Assembly (NCBI GenBank): GCA_026770705.1
Contig: JANJGN010000041.1
Coordinates: 4,588,001 to 4,652,000, forward strand
DNA length: 64,000 nt
Source of the DNA: Isurus oxyrinchus
Lineage: Eukaryota
Reading direction: 5' to 3'
Position 1 is the stretch's first letter. The number at the start of each line of letters is the position of its first letter. This document shows, piece after piece, positions 62,601 to 64,000 of this stretch. The notes beneath the pieces are model-generated. The model searched no databases. It was not told where the DNA came from and saw only the letters and a program-made list of their open reading frames with translations. The position numbers and the translations under genes were made by a program.

Positions 62601-64000
62601 AATATGGACTTGTATAGAATATGATTCTTATGGATGATTTTTGTGTATTTAATGTAAGTGCATTGTTAGAGCTATTGTAAAGCTGTGCAAGTATTTTAGC
62701 TGTAGCGATGAGAGGAGATGGTAAGAGCACATGCAAATTCCTCTTCAAATTAACTTTTAATTTATTTTTCTTTTGCGAGTGAATTTATGGCAAGCAAAAA
62801 TAATTTTAAGTAAGTTACATTTGTATTTGAAGTGTAAAGCCTGCGTCTGATGTCAGTTTGGAGTTTTGCGAAAATCAGCTGGGAAGACTGGTGCCCTCTA
62901 TGAACGCTTGCATTTTACCGAGGTTTGAGGACGATTGCATTGAAGACATTGCCCACCAATGAGATTGGTCATTAAGTGAACAGAAAAAAAGAAGTAGAAA
63001 AGAAAACTGTGCTGTCCACTCGCAACAGGAGCTCAGAGAGAGAGATGCACAGAGACAGAGAGACAAGAGGGCAAGCACTTTTTAGCTTGAGTTGGTATGA
63101 AAATACGTCCGAGTAATGGCTGGAAGAAAAGGCCAAAGGCTGTCACTCACTGGACATGATGACAGATTATTACGAAACTCATGGATCATGCTCTAAATTT
63201 AAAGTGGTGGTGCATTTAAAGAGAGTTTTCTGGATATCTCAAGAGTGATACCAATTATGAAAGGCTTTCTGACGAATGTTGAGATGCCCACTGGAAAATA
63301 AACTTCTTTACCAAGGAAGGAGCTTTAGTTTTGCCCAAAATGCCTGGTACCTGTTCACTTGCGACAGATCTGGACCTGTAAATGTGTTCCTAGGATAGAA
63401 TGGATAGCGAGAGTTTCAAACAATTCGTTTGGTGTTTCTGTGTTGAAACATTCCCTCCCTTTTTGTTAATTGTAATATGTCCATGATTATTGTCAATTAT
63501 TTTTGTGTTACAGAGGCAAAGCAGACTCCTGTGAATTTGTTTGCCTAAGCAATCTCCACGCATTAAAATAAAATGTTTTTAATATTGCTCATCAAGCAAA
63601 GCCCCATTCTGCTTTGGAGTTCCATTGTTCCTCCCTCTCTGCTTTTAAAGAGGGCTTGAAGCACTTACAACCTTCCAAACCTCAGATAATACCTTGAGGT
63701 AGAATTAAATATAGTGGTCAGTCCGATCACCATTTGCATCGTTCCTTCCCTCAGTGAACTGCATACTCGCCATCCAGACCAGGTCAATGTTATAATTTAT
63801 AGTGACATAATAACTGTTGGATCAAAAGACGATCACAGAATCAATTTGTTCAGTGTGTAACTCATGTCAATCTCCATGGATGCTAATTGTGTCACTGGAC
63901 GATTTCCCTCTTCCATTAATAAAGGGCTCAGTACAATGCATTATGCAAAAGCGTTAGCAGCAGAATCGCATCCAGCAGTCACAAGGATCAACGGCCCCTG
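61295..64000 (+). repeat. segmental duplication of 45486-48180 (Gypsy remnant + GPCR promoter/5'UTR)
   Basis: Collinear similarity with an offset of about 15.8 kb, e.g. 48055 ctccatggatgctaattgtgtcactgg = 63872, and 48166 ggatcaacggc = 63985. Confidence 0.92.

Overview
Eukaryotic, repeat-rich vertebrate DNA. The repeat inventory (CR1 LINEs, Deu-type and tRNA-derived SINEs, Penelope-type pLTR fragments) and a GPR139-like GPCR array point to a cartilaginous fish, probably a shark (inference). Nearly all ORFs in the supplied track are spurious. The main signal, invisible to the ORF track because the genes are small, spliced and damaged, is a cluster of five paralogous two-exon beta-defensin-like genes: A 2844-3857 (+), B 7722-8931 (-), C 12360-14173 (+), D 26072-27683 (-), E 33897-34493 (-). 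Each has a signal-peptide exon and a cysteine-motif exon, and each carries disabling lesions. Four share an HNF1-like box exactly 19 nt upstream of a TATA box. Downstream is a frameshifted GPR139-like GPCR pseudogene (48195-50066) with a 42-bp N-terminal repeat and a kappaB-like promoter site. Its upstream region, including a Gmr1-like Gypsy remnant, is duplicated about 15.8 kb further on, implying the next paralog starts just past the window end. The rest is LINE/SINE/LTR debris, several minisatellites (one born inside a CR1 tail), Penelope-type fragments with a minimal hammerhead-like fold, and N-runs. All calls come from manual reading and translation; no database searches were run.
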